From positions 21,024,152 through 21,088,151 of the forward strand of contig OZ316896.1 in NCBI GenBank assembly GCA_973895155.1: a stretch of DNA of 64,000 nt. The letters run 5' to 3'. A program made the position numbers and the translations under genes. Of the stretch, positions 12,010-26,035 are shown in pieces. Numbering within the stretch: the first letter of the stretch is position 1; each line of letters starts with the position of its first letter. The notes below the pieces were generated by a model. It was not told the origin of the DNA. It ran no database searches and saw only the letters and a program-made list of their open reading frames with translations. The DNA is from Marsupella aquatica (taxonomy: Eukaryota; Plantae; Marchantiophyta).

Positions 12010-14127
12010 CTTACCTATGTTTTATTTGTAGAGGAGCGCTCTTTCTCCTTTTCTTTACATATACCAGAGTTGCCCCTTTCTAACTGGTCGGCGCTTTTGA
12101 TTTCTTCACAGAGAATATCTACACCTCTTTCTTTTGGCACGGGTCGCTTTATTTCTAGATTATGGGGTGCACGTTTTCGTCCGACGGGGCACTGTATTGT
12201 GTCTCAAAATTGTGGGCCTGTCATATCCACAGAAATTAGTAGAGATGATCATAATTGCCACAGGTGAGGTAAACCGGGAATCTCTTAACGTTTTATAGTA
12301 CTTCATAGAACAAATGTACAACCCAAAGTCTTGTGCTCAGCTCCAAGATCTTGTGGATTCTCGAGCTATTCAAGCTCAAATTTACAACTTGTCTCTTACT
12401 CTTGGAATGTTTTTTGCCTCTAAATCCCCAACTGAAATTCATTAAAAAAGCCAGCATACAACATGGGTGGCCCACAAGAGGGGGCTGGCACCCAGGGGGA
12501 CCGAAGGTAGTGGTGCCCATAGAAACCGGAAAGGCCATAACCAGCAGAGAAGCAAGAGCAAAGACAAGGAAGCTAAAATAGTGATTCAACTACTGCAGCA
12601 TGAGTGGTACACTCCGTGAGACCAGCCAGTGAGCAGGAACGGACGGGGTTCCTCACAGTGGGTCTGTGGCAGAATTCTCAGTTCCTTCGGTCAGATCTGC
12701 AGTGCAGCGTCTCCTCCTGAGCGGGGGACAAAATCATGGTGGGCGGGGAGAGACCAGAGGAACCTGAAGGATCTCATCATGAATTTCCCTTATTCGTCCC
12801 AGGTACCATAATCAAAAGAAATTTCATTCAATGCATCCCCAAAGTAGATTTTAATGCCCGGATTTTGAATCTGACGCGCCCTGTCCCTACAAAGATAAAT
12901 CCCTAGTTGGTGCGAGGATTTCTTAATTACTCTATGTGGATTCGATCTGGTGATACCCTTGGAGTGTTGATTGCACATTTTCAATTATGTCCTTTTCAAG
13001 ACATTGTTTGCGCTGGTCTTTGGGGCGTCATTGTGCAAGAACCTTTTGATTCTACTTCCATCTCAACCTGAACTCTTCCGTGGGTTCCTTTATAATCAAA
13101 CATTCCGGTGAATTGTCATGTTTGTCTCATCTTTGTAAGTACATCTGTATTTACTGTCCTCGTTTGTTTTTTCCCTTCGGAAATCGAAAATCGATTTGGG
13201 CAAGGGAGGTGGTAAGAGAGTGAGTAAAAATGCTTCCAGAGAGGAGTGCCATTGTGATTGAAGGCATTTGGGGCAGGGTGACAGGCGTTTCCTAGGTATG
13301 CAAAGGTCGACGATGAGGAATCTGGGGGGACAATTCGTTAGAAGGGTACTGACAGGCTTCTTGAAGTGGGTACTAGGGTTATCAACGACCTTTTGACAGC
13401 ACACCAACCAAATGACTTGGATTGAAAGAGTTTCCAAGGGAGTTGGCGGTGAGGTGGAAGCCCTGAACGATACCCAAACAATTTGTCCTAGGCAAAAGTG
13501 AAGGAAAGAAGCGGTCGTTAGTGTGTTGCTCGACACTGAATAAGTCCGTTTTTGCCTAAGTCTGTTGGATGTGAGGGCAGTCTATAAACAAAGGAGTTCT
13601 GTTCATTTGGGCTGAACGCGATGGCAGTATGTGAAACAATGGAGTTCTGTTTCATTTGGGTTGGATGTGAGGGCAGTCTACAATGAAGGTTGTTTCAATG
13701 AGATGACAACTGATATATTTCTATGCTGCGTAGGTTGTTCATTCTCACAATGGCTGTCACAACATTTGCGTTAAATAATGATATGGTTATCAAATATCCA
13801 AACGACAAAAAATCCGTACTAGTTTACTAGTCAGTGATCTACGACACAAATGCCATACACCTACTGTAGCTAGTTGCCAAATGTTTAGAGGAGAAAAATT
13901 CAACTGTTAAGCGTATATGATCCTTCACGACTTTTATTGAATAACGATGCCATTTTACTGTAGGTGTACGTAGAAATTGAGAAATTGTTCGACTTGTAAC
14001 TTTGGTCAAAGTTTGCCGGTACATGTGTGTATACATGGAACTCATAACCCAGCACAGCCAGAGTGCAGCAGTTGCCTGACGGACGTTACGGAATGGAAAG
14101 TACCATCCAAAACCACGGTCCAATTTA

Positions 14128-14660
14128 ATGTCATGTCCCATTGGGCGAGATGTGTTCCGTCAGGCTTGTGGGAGGAGAGCGACAGCCCCGGCGACAGCCA
14201 GCTACTAAACTTGAAGGACGGTCGAGTCACATATAGATCTCTAGATCAATTCCGGATAGAGGATTGAGAAGTATCCATATGATCGAATCGGACATCATTG
14301 GAGAGCTTGATGCGGGCTTGATTCAGGGAAATGATACCTTAGATGGCTGGTCACCAATCGAGCCTACTAATACAACAGAAACTTGCTCATTCCTTTAACT
14401 GCAATCCAGATTTCCTTGGATCCCGCTTGGATCATTTCTCTACTAATTTGGATTATTTCTCGTTACTAGCTTCTACTTTACACCTGTGCGCAGACTCAGT
14501 TGATGAGTTGGTAAGACTACGATCCTTCGAATTACCACATTGACATGTGTGGGTTGCGGAGATCGACACGGTGGGCATCGATCTGCAGGATGATGTTGAA
14601 CCTTCAATTCGTTTGCGTTCTCCAAACAGTCAATTCGCATTCCTTTGCAGCAGTCTACTG
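14128..14660 (+). pseudogene. Possible decayed U-box (PUB-type E3 ligase) gene fragment
   Basis: Across frameshifts and in the expected order: CPIGRDVFRQ, YDR, LDSG(N)DT, VTN, LLIP, then an ARM-like MLNL. Many stops and indels. Confidence 0.35.
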
Positions 14661-15584
14661 ATTTGCTATCAGGATTCGAGGATTTCATGTTTCTCCAGAA
14701 TGATGAGCGAATTCACTGTACGTGCACTGAAACTGCTACAGTACTTCTCTGCTGATCAAGGTTCTTCCCCTATTAAATCTGACCGAGTCAAAACAGTTAA
14801 CAGATCCAGTTAGGCAGCTATGCACATGAGCATCAGCAATTCAGCGATCATGGTGCCGTAGCTTGGGCCTCACCAACTAAGTAATATTCGCTTCTTTCTT
14901 GGTTACAATTCCAAAACTGGACAACTGTCAGACTCCTATATACAGTAACAGGAATATTTAACAATTTTCCCAACTCAGAACATGACAAGTGACTGAGTTT
15001 ACGAACAGGTCAACCGAGGCTGTATCCTGTATCTTACTATGTTTCGTGATATATTATTTCCGTCTGTTTCTCCTCGCCAGCTTCTTCCTGTACACTAGTA
15101 CTTAACTACTTGCCTGCATGCATCATTGTACACATACTATCCCATTTGTGTCTGTTTCTTCTTGCAAGTTGCCGCATGTGAAATTATGTGGCTATATTTT
15201 GTCTCTCTCTCTCTCTTGTGGTTGGGGTCCCGAGAGCTCGCCCGAGAGCTTGCAGCTGGGCCAGCTGTTAGTACTAGAAACATGGATTCTTAACTTGGGA
15301 CCAAATTATCCGCGCACACAATTATTTGTCTATTCTGTGGGGTCGGGTTATGGAGAGGTGATTGACCGTCTACTGGCAGTGTGCTGGAGATCGACGAGGC
15401 TTTAAGCTTCACGATCTCGGGAGAATCGGATCTCCTTCACTGCAATACAAGAGTGCTTCATTGAGCGGACGGAACAGTCATTGGAATTGTGCCGAAGAAT
15501 GCACCTCTGTCAGATTGTGGTAGCTTTGGTTTTCTGACGTTGTCACGTTACTGAGAGATCTTAGCCTCATGAGAAGTATTGAAC

Positions 15585-16225
15585 ATATTGTAGTGTGTCA
15601 AAACCATACTGTTACTGTAGGTCCCTCACCACACCAATTATAGGGGTTTGGTCACAAAACTCACCACACCAAAAAGGTAAAGGTCTCACTTGGAGATGGG
15701 AATCCACAGACACGAGACCAAATAAAGGGGAGAATACAAGTGAAACCTCAGTAATCAATCACGTAAATAATGCATGCTTGGATGAACCTAGAGATATATT
15801 GTAGTGTGTCAAACCATACTGTTACTGTAGGTCCCTCACCACACCAATTAAAGGGGTTTGGTCACAAAACTCACAACACGAAAAAGGTAAAGGTCTCACT
15901 TGAAGATGGGAATCCAAAGACACGAGACGGAATAGAGGGGAGAATACAAGTGAAACCTCAGTAATCAATCAAGTAAATATATAATGCATGCTTGGATGAA
16001 CCTAGAGACATATTGTAGTGTGTCAAACCATACTGCTACTGTAGGCCCCTCACCACACCAATTAAAGGGTTTGGTCACAAAACTCACCACACGAAAGAGA
16101 TAAAGGTATCACTTGGAGATGGGAATCCAAAGACACTAGACCAAATAAAGGGGGAGAACACGAGTGAAAACCTCACTAATCAATCAAGAAAATAAAAAAA
16201 TTAAGCTTGGATGGACTTTAGAGAT
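15585..16225. repeat. About 212-bp tandem repeat x3
   Basis: Unit ATATTGTAGTGTGTCAAA(A)CCATACTG...GCTTGGATG starts at about 15585, 15796 and 16010, with high identity. Confidence 0.92.
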
Positions 16226-18299
16226 TTGCTATGAAGCACTGATGGCTTTTCCAAAGCTTGGATGCACTGGACAGAACGTCTAAATACACTTTGTTTGTAT
16301 CTTTCATAGTTTTGACCAAAATTTGACCTGTCAAGGGGATCCTAATAGTTTGCAGCCGGTTTTAATCAGTTCACCTGGTGGTGAGTCACTTCACTTCCCA
16401 TGGCCAAACAATTTGGAGTATCCTTCACACAAAATTGAAGCATCCTTGGCGACTCTGGTGTTTGTCCTTCATGCCTAAACTACTCAGAGCCTCCTTCACA
16501 AGTGAACGGTTTGGTTTGTTGTATTTGATTAATTTTTCTCTCATGGAGATTGAAGCAAATGATCGAAAAAGAAACTCTCAGACTTTGCAAATAATAGATT
16601 TGACATCAAAGAAAATACTTGGATCCAATTTTCCAAAATACCAATCCAAAAGTTGTCCTTTAAATGCACAAGTTTGTCAAAAACCAACAATATATAGTTG
16701 GTTGGGGTACTTAGAAAAATACTCAAGGAGTCCTCAGCAAAAGTGAAAAGTCCTTCCAAAAGTAGTTGATCCCTTTTTTCCCCAGGTGTAAATTGACTGA
16801 TGACTTTATGCAGTCCATAGTGATGGGCAGAACAAACCTCTCGAACCATCCGGGCTCATGTTCAAGAAGTCAATGTTGCTTTGTCAGGAAATTTTAATCT
16901 TTGTCCCTAGTAGATTTTTTGAAACATCCAGTTAGGGAAAACAACTTTTCTTTAGAGAATCTATGCTGCATACTTGATTGATACGTAAGCCCCCATTTTT
17001 TTAATCTCAATTAATCTGGAAGATTCTTGGGTTCAAAATTCACGTATTTCCTTAGAAGTCCCATAGACTTTAGTCTGTATACAATTTAACAACGCTGATT
17101 ATCCAATTCAAAGGAATCTTGAGTTGGCAAGGTTATTGTCTTGAGAGATCATGACCTGGTGAATTTGACTACATTTATATGATATTCAAGGATTCCCTAA
17201 TAGATGGCCTGCTCAGACTCTAAGCATGAGCATCTTCCCATAATCTTCTCCCAATCACCTTCACATCGGTGGGAACGTTAACTTGCTCAAGCCACAATTT
17301 GTCCAAATTGGAAGCATCTTCTTTTCTTTTCTTTTCTTTACGGACCCCACTAGAGGTCCCTTCCAAAATTCCTGGCACCACAGCGTGCCACATCAACAAC
17401 AACCGCAACAAACAAGACTCATCGGTTTTGTGAATCAAACTTATAGTTTTCATTCGTGTTTGTATCAATTTGGGTGTAAATTTTGGGACGTCATGCCGTA
17501 GAAAGAAAAGTAAAAACATTGGAAATGCAAAGAGCAAGACGGTTAAAACTGTCACTATGTAACCGACTATGTAACCGTTTTAGTTACATTTCCAATTTTA
17601 AAACTTAAATTCAAAGATTTATAAAAAATATTTTTCATATGATAAATAATTAATAACTAACTTGATAACTTCCTTGTTAAACCACAACTCCCGGTATATA
17701 AGGACCTCTTGTATTGTACGGCCATTAATGTTGAGAAGAGCACATAGAAACCCAGGATTGGGGAGGAGGAATGGGAACCTTGAAAGTTCATTGAATTTTA
17801 TACTCAAAAATATTTACTCATTCTCAAAACAAAAAATACTTAGTCGTAGATCTCATTGAGATCTTTCTTTTGCACCCTAGATCGCCTTCTAACATAGATA
17901 AATAAGATTTCTAGAGGCATTACAAAATGGACGACAAAGATTGTAAAATCAACAAAATCGACGGCTAGGAAGGCTTGGATTTGTTTAATTTTTCATTTGT
18001 AAAATATTAACCCATTTGCAAAACGGACAGAACCCATCCATAGATCTATTTGAGATCTTTCTTTTGAGCCATAGATTGGCCATTATGATGGACGGACAAG
18101 ATTTTTGGAGATAAGAAATGGAAACGACTCAGATCGACTCTTCCCCCTGATTTTATTAGCCAAAGGGTCCATGAACTAATTTCTTTTCTTTAAGCATTGT
18201 TTTTAATGCTAGGTTCTCTTAGTTTGTGATTATCTTAATTCAAATGATCTTTAACATTCTCAACCACGACTTGCGTCTTTTGAAGCATCTTGCTTTAAT

Positions 18300-18650
18300 T
18301 GATCCTATCAAAGTGATTTTATGATGGCGTTCCAATGATTTGAAAAATTCCCTCGAAGCTCACCTTGTGTCCTTGTCCATATCGAAGCATCTTCCTTCAA
18401 TGGACTCCTATCAAAGTGACTCTATGTAATCATCTTGAATGATCTAATAAAACCATTGGCATAAAGTACATTAACTGGTCTATTAGAGCTCCGTAGGCTT
18501 ATATTCCGTAACGCATATAACTATACATAAGTGTTCCACATAATTGATATAGATCTATACGGAAGTTCACTTTGGACCATAGGGTTCTCCAACTTTAAAC
18601 AACCTTCGCCATGTGGTATCAAAAAGCTTTGAATTAGGACTATCATATTT
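18300..18650 (-). mobile_element. Highly degenerate Ty1/copia reverse transcriptase remnant
   Basis: The minus strand reads ELPYRSI and, after a frameshift, GTLMY, resembling the copia RT motif PYRSxVGSLMY. Confidence 0.35.
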
Positions 18651-19592
18651 ACTTAAATCAGCAAATTAAGTTTTTTTGGAGTGAGGAAATAAAGGTGAAA
18701 CTTCCACCAAAATTTTATAAATCAGGAAAAAACAAAGACAAAGAAAGGTGTTTGGAATCCGCAAAAGCAAAAAAGTGCTCTAGTTTGTCTTGTAGTGCTT
18801 CTGGCTCATAAAGATTCCAATGTTAAGGAGAATAATTAATCATTCCTTTTTAGAGCTGGGATGAATATTTTAGGAACCACCTTAAATCAAGAATAATTAA
18901 TTTTTGGGAAACTTGATATTTTCTGCCCTCTGTTTATTACAATTTAGCTTCTAGAGTGCAACCAAAAAATATATAAAAATCTCAATAAGACAATGTAACT
19001 TGAGTAGGTTCCCTAACAAGGTAACACCAAGAAATAGTTGTCCGTTGGTGTTTCACTTGCTGACATAAGTAGATTGCCTGGTATTTTTCAGAGTCATTGT
19101 AGATGCACTAAGGGACAAATACTAATTTGGGGTTTTCATTTCTTATTTGAGACCGGATTTTTCCTATTCATCTTTGAGATTAGACCCTACTATAATATCA
19201 TGTAGTTGGTCCCATTTCCAACATTTTCCCTTATGTGCGGTCACATTGCCAGGCCATCTTTTGGATCATGATGCATGGGACCTCTCTATCATCCTTGATA
19301 CTGGTAGGGCCATATGAATAGTTGATCCTAAATCAATTGTTTTTTGGAAGCTTACGTACAAAATTAGTAAGGAACTATGGCTTGATAGATTACCAAATAC
19401 CATCTTAAGATAAGGGGCTACCCAGATGTAATGGCTGAAAATCTAAAAATCTCACCATGGAAATAATTGTGTCAGTTTATACCCAATTTTGCATCAAGGT
19501 AATTTCTATCTCAATTCTTCCTCAAAACTTGGAATATTGGAAAGATCTTTCCTAGCTAACCCAAGAAGAGGCAGTTCACTTTGATACAAACG

Positions 19593-19745
19593 AAATATAC
19601 AAACTTTTTACAGAAAAGGACCAAACAGAGTACAAAAGAACAAACAAAAGAGAGTCCAAGTGGACAGAACCAAACGTAAAAGAAGTGAGCAATTCGGAAC
19701 CCCTAAAACCAAGAAAGAAGAACTAAAACTAAGAAGTAAGCAAAA
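19593..19745. repeat. Dispersed repeat copy A (A-rich, about 150 bp), homologous to 51243-51445
   Basis: Shared GGACCAAACAGAGTACAAA-GAACAAACAAAAGAG-CCAAGTGGACA-AAGAAGTGAGCAA-ACCAAGAAAGA. Confidence 0.8.
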
Positions 19746-21379
19746 GAAGATATAACTGAACCTTGAACATTGCTGTTGAAAACTTTGTGGCAACCAGAAA
19801 GATGTCAATGCGTGGAGTAAGAGGTGCCAAGGTCCATGGCTTCTAACCAGCCCCAAGAAGAGACAATCTAGTTTGATACCAAGGAAGATATAATTGAAGG
19901 GTCAAACTCAGCTGTTGAAATCTTTTGGTAAACTAGACACAAGTCAATGAGTGAAGGAGTAAAAGATGTCAAGGTCTATGGGGGTTACATGATTCACCCC
20001 TAGGTCTATGGGAGCATCACTTTCCAAGAAGAAAAGTGGCCCATTGACCTTCAAAAGTTACAAATAAGATAAAGAGATCATTTTGGTCACTTGGTGACTT
20101 CTAAGTCGTCCCAAAGTTGTGAATAAAAGGGCGGCTGGTATAGCATCCTTTTGTCCCGGTCAAAGGCAAAAGCGGCAGCCATCACGAATTGATACAGTTA
20201 GTTTTTGTTAATTTTCTTCATTGATTACTGATGCAATCATGTAGTACCAAAGCTGTCGGACACCTTGGAACACAAGTCATTTTTTTTCCCCATAGAAGAT
20301 AGCAAAGTAAAAGGACATGTAGTTCATCTTCATGAAATGCATCAAAAAATGAATTCGAAAGGTGAATAAAGATTCCGAGGAGAAGAGTCCACTAGCTAAA
20401 AGTGTAAAAACACTAATACCAAGAAAAAAACTTTGGATTTTGTACTAAATTATACAGTCTACAGGCTGGGCGACGACACCACCGGGCCATCACTTATCCA
20501 CATATTATCCTATGCTATAGGTATAGTAGATATCATTTTTGTAAATCCATATGTGCAAGATCTGCACTATCTACTAAGTGCAAGGGCAATTGCTTATGCA
20601 CTTCCCCATTGTATGGTTTAGTGTTGATATTTTGTCATTTAGTCAACCTACACTTATGCAACTGCATTTTATGGTGCATTTACAAAGGAATCATTGAGGG
20701 ATAGGAGACTACATGGTTGGTCCACACTTAACCACTGTATTCCCTTATCCAATCACTTATACATGGTTCACTGTTAATGTTTGCATTTTCTAAAATAATC
20801 ACTGTAGTACCTTAGGGTGTGAGAGGAGGGGGACAATATCCTACATGCATAGAATACTACTATGTTATATTGTACGTCAACGACAAGTCTCGCAACAAGT
20901 AATATACAATAAGAGTTGGACATGAACTCTTTCTTGAATATGACATTTTCCCAAGAATCATTTCAATTTTGGTTATATACGTTAATTTGCTTAGTGCCAA
21001 CCAATTGTATAAGTACTGGATAATTACTACATTTCAGACTAGACATGAGTATATTATCTATTTAATAAAGAGTGCATGAGACAAAAAACAAAATGAGCTA
21101 TCAAGCATATTGATGTAAACAAGGCTTTACAATGGTATGCATGATTGTTTTGAAAATTAAAAACTAGAACAAGAGAATAATATTTTGGTGCTTGAGTTAT
21201 TTCCTGGCATATGAACTAGCTGTCATAAAGATATAAACTATAGATATTAGTTTGGTTTATTGTGATGGTGCACTTTCTTTGTTGCCTCTAATAATTTTCC
21301 TTTCCTTTTTCTGTTATCCCTTTTGTCCTTTCCCCCCTCCCGCACCCTCCCTTTCTCTCCTTTTGCTTTTGCTCCCTGC

Positions 21380-21722
21380 TGTTGAGCATAGACGACATTC
21401 GCAACGGCAAGCCCATGAACCATCCAACGCACAATAGTCGACACAGAGAGATACGTGGTTCACCTCCACATGAGGTTACGTCCACGGGAACACACAAGAG
21501 CTTTACTGCACTCTAAGCCGACCGGCCATACCAAGCATCCACAGCACAAGCTCTCCCTATCTCTCAACTAGCTCCGTAACAATGAGCCTAAGTTCCACGA
21601 GGGTCTGGCTTCAGCCCTGGCTATATGCACAATAGCACTATCGCTAACATTAGCTAAGTCCTAACCCGAGTAGGCTAACTGTGGTTAGCTCATGAGTCAC
21701 AAGACTAGAGCAATATCTAACA
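21380..21722 (-). repeat. 3' LTR of the copia element (343 bp)
   Basis: TGTTGAGC...TCTAACA. The polypurine tract is adjacent (+ strand AACTCCCCCTT from 21723). Confidence 0.96.
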
Positions 21723-21929
21723 AACTCCCCCTTGACTCTTGTCTTGGGGATTGAACTAAATGCTACCATATGGAATTCTCAGCGGGAAATTCTAGACAAT
21801 TACCAAACTAGGTCTCCCCCTAAAAACCACAAGGGTTAACTAAGGGTTAACTAGAACTAAGTCGTAGCCAAACAGGAATGAGTAATCCATATACAAATAG
21901 TCACACATTGCTAAATAATTCTACTTGCA

Positions 21930-24900
21930 CTACAACTGCAAAACTTGCAAAGTAGCACGGTGTCTTGAGAAACTCTCCAAAGGAATCACTTTGGTAAAGG
22001 CATCGGCGGGATTGAGCTTTCCATCAATCTTGACTAGCTCAAAAGTTTTATCAGACACTGCTTGCCTGATAAAATGGTACCTGATATCAATGTGCTTCAC
22101 CCTGCTATCCATCACCTGGTTAGCAGCCAAGTGAAGAGCACTCTGACTATCACAGTTTAGAGTCATTTTTCCATGCTCTAAACCCATCTCCGCGATCAAC
22201 TTATCCAACCAAATTGCTTCCTTTGCTGCTTTTGCTGTTGCAACATACTCTGCTTATGTAGTAGACTGAGATATGCACTTTTGCAAGGTAGATTTCCAAC
22301 TGATACATCCTCCTCCAAGAGTGTATACAAACCCAGTTGTAGACCTCCTTGTATCCAGACAGCCTCCATAGTCAGAATCTACATAGCCAACTAACGTTCT
22401 ATCTGATCTGTTATCAGATAGTAATCCATAGTCCCGTGTTCCCTTCAGATACCTGAGAATCCACTTCACAGCTTCCCAATGTACCTTCCCTGGATTTGAC
22501 ATGAATCTGCTAACCTTGCCCATCGCTAGGGCCAAGTCAGACCTAGTACAAGTCATCAAATACATCAGACTGCCTACTGCCTTCTCATAAGGAATCTTAG
22601 CCATCAGACCTTTCTCCACAGCATCCGTAGGAGAGAAAGCCGATGATAACTTGAAATGTGAAGCTAAAGGAATACTCACTGGCTTACAGTTCTCCATGTT
22701 GAATCGTGCAAGTACTTTCCTCGCATACTGGCCTTGACTCAAGCACAACTGTCCAGTCTCAGAGTTCCTAAAAATCTCCATCCCTAAGATCCTCTTGGCC
22801 TTACCAAGATCCTTCATCCTGAATTTAGCACTCAATTTTGCCTTGAGACTGTCAACCTCAGATTGATCTTTAGCCACAATCAGCATGTCATCCACATAAA
22901 TCACCAGAATGATGAAACCAAATACATCATTCTTGACTGATTTCGTATACACACAAAGATCATACACCATCCTTGTAAAACCTTGAGCAAACATGAAATC
23001 ATCAAACCGCTTGTTCCACTGTCTGGGAGACTGCTTCAATCCATACAAGGACTTGAGCAATCTGCAAACTAAGTTCTCTTGGCCTTTCTTCATAAAGCCT
23101 AGTGGCTGTCTCATGAAGATCAACTCTTCCAAGTTGCCATAGAGAAAGGCAGTAACAACATCCATCTGATCCATCACCAGACCAAAAAATACAACAAGCT
23201 AACACAAGATCCGAATTGTGGAATATTTAGCCACCAGTGAAAAGACCTCATTGTAGTCCACTCCTTTCTCCTGAGTGAACCCCTTGGCAACAAGCCTTGC
23301 CGTGTAGATCTTATCTCCACCCTCTGAAGGATTGTCCTTCAACTTGTAAATCCACTTGTTGTCCACCACTTGTTGACCTCTTGGAAGCTCCACCAACTCC
23401 CATGTCTTGTTGTCACTCAAAGATTGCAACTCCCTCTGCATTGCTGCATTCCACTCATGCTTTTGCTCTGAAGCACAAGCCTCACTGTACGAAGAAGGCT
23501 CTCCTTCTTCCAAGATCAAAGCCATGTCATCTTCATCAGGTGCAATGTCAATATCATCTAGCTTAGATGAGTCTGTCCATTGACCATACCTGGTAGGAGC
23601 TCTAGTAGAACGACTGGAAGTTCTTCTAGTAGATGACTCAGGCTGATCTACTGCTGCTGCTGGTTGAATTTGAGGTACCCCAGCAACAATCTGCTCCTCT
23701 TGTTCCATCATAGGAACCAGCTCCAAGCCCAGAGTTTCTCCATCTCTCCTATCATGAACAACATCATGACTAATCTCTCCCTCAACCCCGTCCGGGATGG
23801 GAGATTTCCCCTTGTCAGTATGGGAGTCCTGAGAACTCTCCCCCTTCTTTGATGATCTGGACTCATTAAAGGACACATCTCTACTAACAATTAGCTTACA
23901 GGTTACTGGATCCCATAACCTATAACCCTTCACACCTTTTTGATATCCAAGGAAAATGCACTTCTTCGACTTGGACTCCAGCTTGGATCGAAGCTGAGAA
24001 GGTGTAAGCACATAAGCATCACATCCAAAAATCCTTAGATGTGAGTAATCTTTTGGACGCCCGTACCTTATTTCAAATGGCGTCTTGAATCCAATAGAAT
24101 TGGATGGAGAAAAATTTACCAAATAAGCTGTAGTGTTGACAGCTTCAGTCCAAAACTCATGTGGTAAGCATGATTGACTCAACATACTCCTCAAGCGGTC
24201 CAATAGTGTTCGATTGAGTCTCTCAGAAATACCATTCTACTCAAGAGTATAACTTGTTGTGTCTGAGATGGCGGGTAATTCCCTACTCCTTACAATACGT
24301 TCCAAATTTCCCGGAACTGTATTCACCGCCGTTATCCGATCGAAGATATCTCACCTTATTACCAGTCTGATTCTCAACTTGGGCTTTCCACTCCTTAAAA
24401 GTGGCAAAAATATCTGACCCTTTGTGTAGAAAGTATACCTACACATATCTTGAGTAATCGTCTATGAACGTGACATAGTATAACCGTCTAGAATGTGAGG
24501 GAGTAGGGGTTGGACCCCACACATCACTATGTACATACTCAAGTACCTCCTTGCTAGTGTGAGTTCCAACTCCGAAGGGTTTTCTGTGCTGCTTTCCTAG
24601 CACACAGTGCTCACAAAATTCCAACTTACAAGATTGAAAATTAGAAAGTAATCCTTTTTTCTGAAGAATAACCAAACCTTTTTCACTCATGTGGCCCAAA
24701 CGGAAGTGCCACAGCCGGGCCGTCTCCTCATGAGATAAGGTTACATTGGCTTCATCACAAACTACACTGCCCTCCAAAATGTATAGATTGCTATGTCTCT
24801 TTCCCTTCAATACAACTTTAGTACCAGTTGAAACCTGAAGGACACCATTAGCAGAGCTCCACTGATGGCCATTTGCTTCTAAAACTCCAAGTGAAATGAG

Positions 24901-26035
24901 ATTTTTCATCATGCTGGGAATATGTCTCACATTCCTCAACGTTCTCACAACACCATCAAACATTTGAAATCTTATAGATCCAAGTCCAACAACTTGACAT
25001 GGGATTCCATTTCCCATCAACACTGACCCGTTGGAAACCGTGTAAGAACTGAAACAATCTCTCCTAGAGCAAGTGTGAAAAGTACATGCACTATCTAGAA
25101 TCCAATCATCACTACCTGGATTTGACACTACGTTGAGAGCATAACCTTGACATCACAATATGTCATCATCATTGAGTAAATCTACCTCATGCGAGCTCGA
25201 TGCCGCATTAGCAGAGGCAGTAGGGACCTTTACTCGACAATCCCTTTTCATGTGGCCAGGCTTGCCACAATTCCAACATGCAAGAGGCTTCCTCTCTTGC
25301 AATTTCCCTCTGGATTTAGATCTCCATCGTGATGTAGATCTAAACCTATTCTGCCCATTCGTGTGTTGCGCTGCTCTGACTTCCCCTATTCACATTCAGC
25401 GCAGTGCCAGAAGAAGATGTTGTCTGTGATTGACCCAGCTTCTTCTGAGCATCATCAGACAATAATGAGCTCACCACCTCATTATACGAAATGGACTTCA
25501 AATCTCTGTACAAGAGAACCTGTTTCAAGCCCTGATAAGACAGCGGTAAGGAGCTTAGCAGAAGCAAGGCCTTATCCTCATCTTCAACTCCTTTTCCCAG
25601 GTTTGACAGGTCCACCGCTAGACTGTCAAATTCATCCAGGAGATCCTGCATCTTGCTCCCTTCCTTGAGCCTAAGGCTCATCAAGAGAGACTTCTTGTAC
25701 AACCGGTCTGACATATCTTCCCGGTAGTACTTCTCTCTTAGAGCCTTGAACAGTGACGCGCAATCCGCATAATCATCCAGCTGCTTGATAATGTGCGGCT
25801 TGAGATATAGCATCACTGCGTTGACAGCAATCACCTGCTCCTATCTCCACTGTCTCACAAAAATTTCCTCCTCTCCATCATACTGCTCTCGCGATGAAAG
25901 CATATGAGCTAAGCCCATGGCCCGTAGAACACTCTTCACTTGCTTCTCCCATAGCAAGTAATCAGTACGACCATCGTACTTCTCCACCTCAAACTTCACT
26001 CCTCCTAATCTTGCCATCTCTCTCTTCTTCCCCAC
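21930..26035 (-). pseudogene. Copia gag-pol polyprotein with premature stops and frameshifts
   Basis: Gag VEKYDGRTDYLLWE and LLLLSSLP, protease WILDSAC, GAG-pre-integrase LWHFRLGHMS, integrase HSDVWGP and FIDDYSR, RT ARLVAKGF, LYGLKQSPRQW and YVDDML, RNaseH KHIDIRYHFIR. In-frame stops near 25841, 24439, 23199 and 22254, with frame changes between ORF pieces. Confidence 0.95.
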
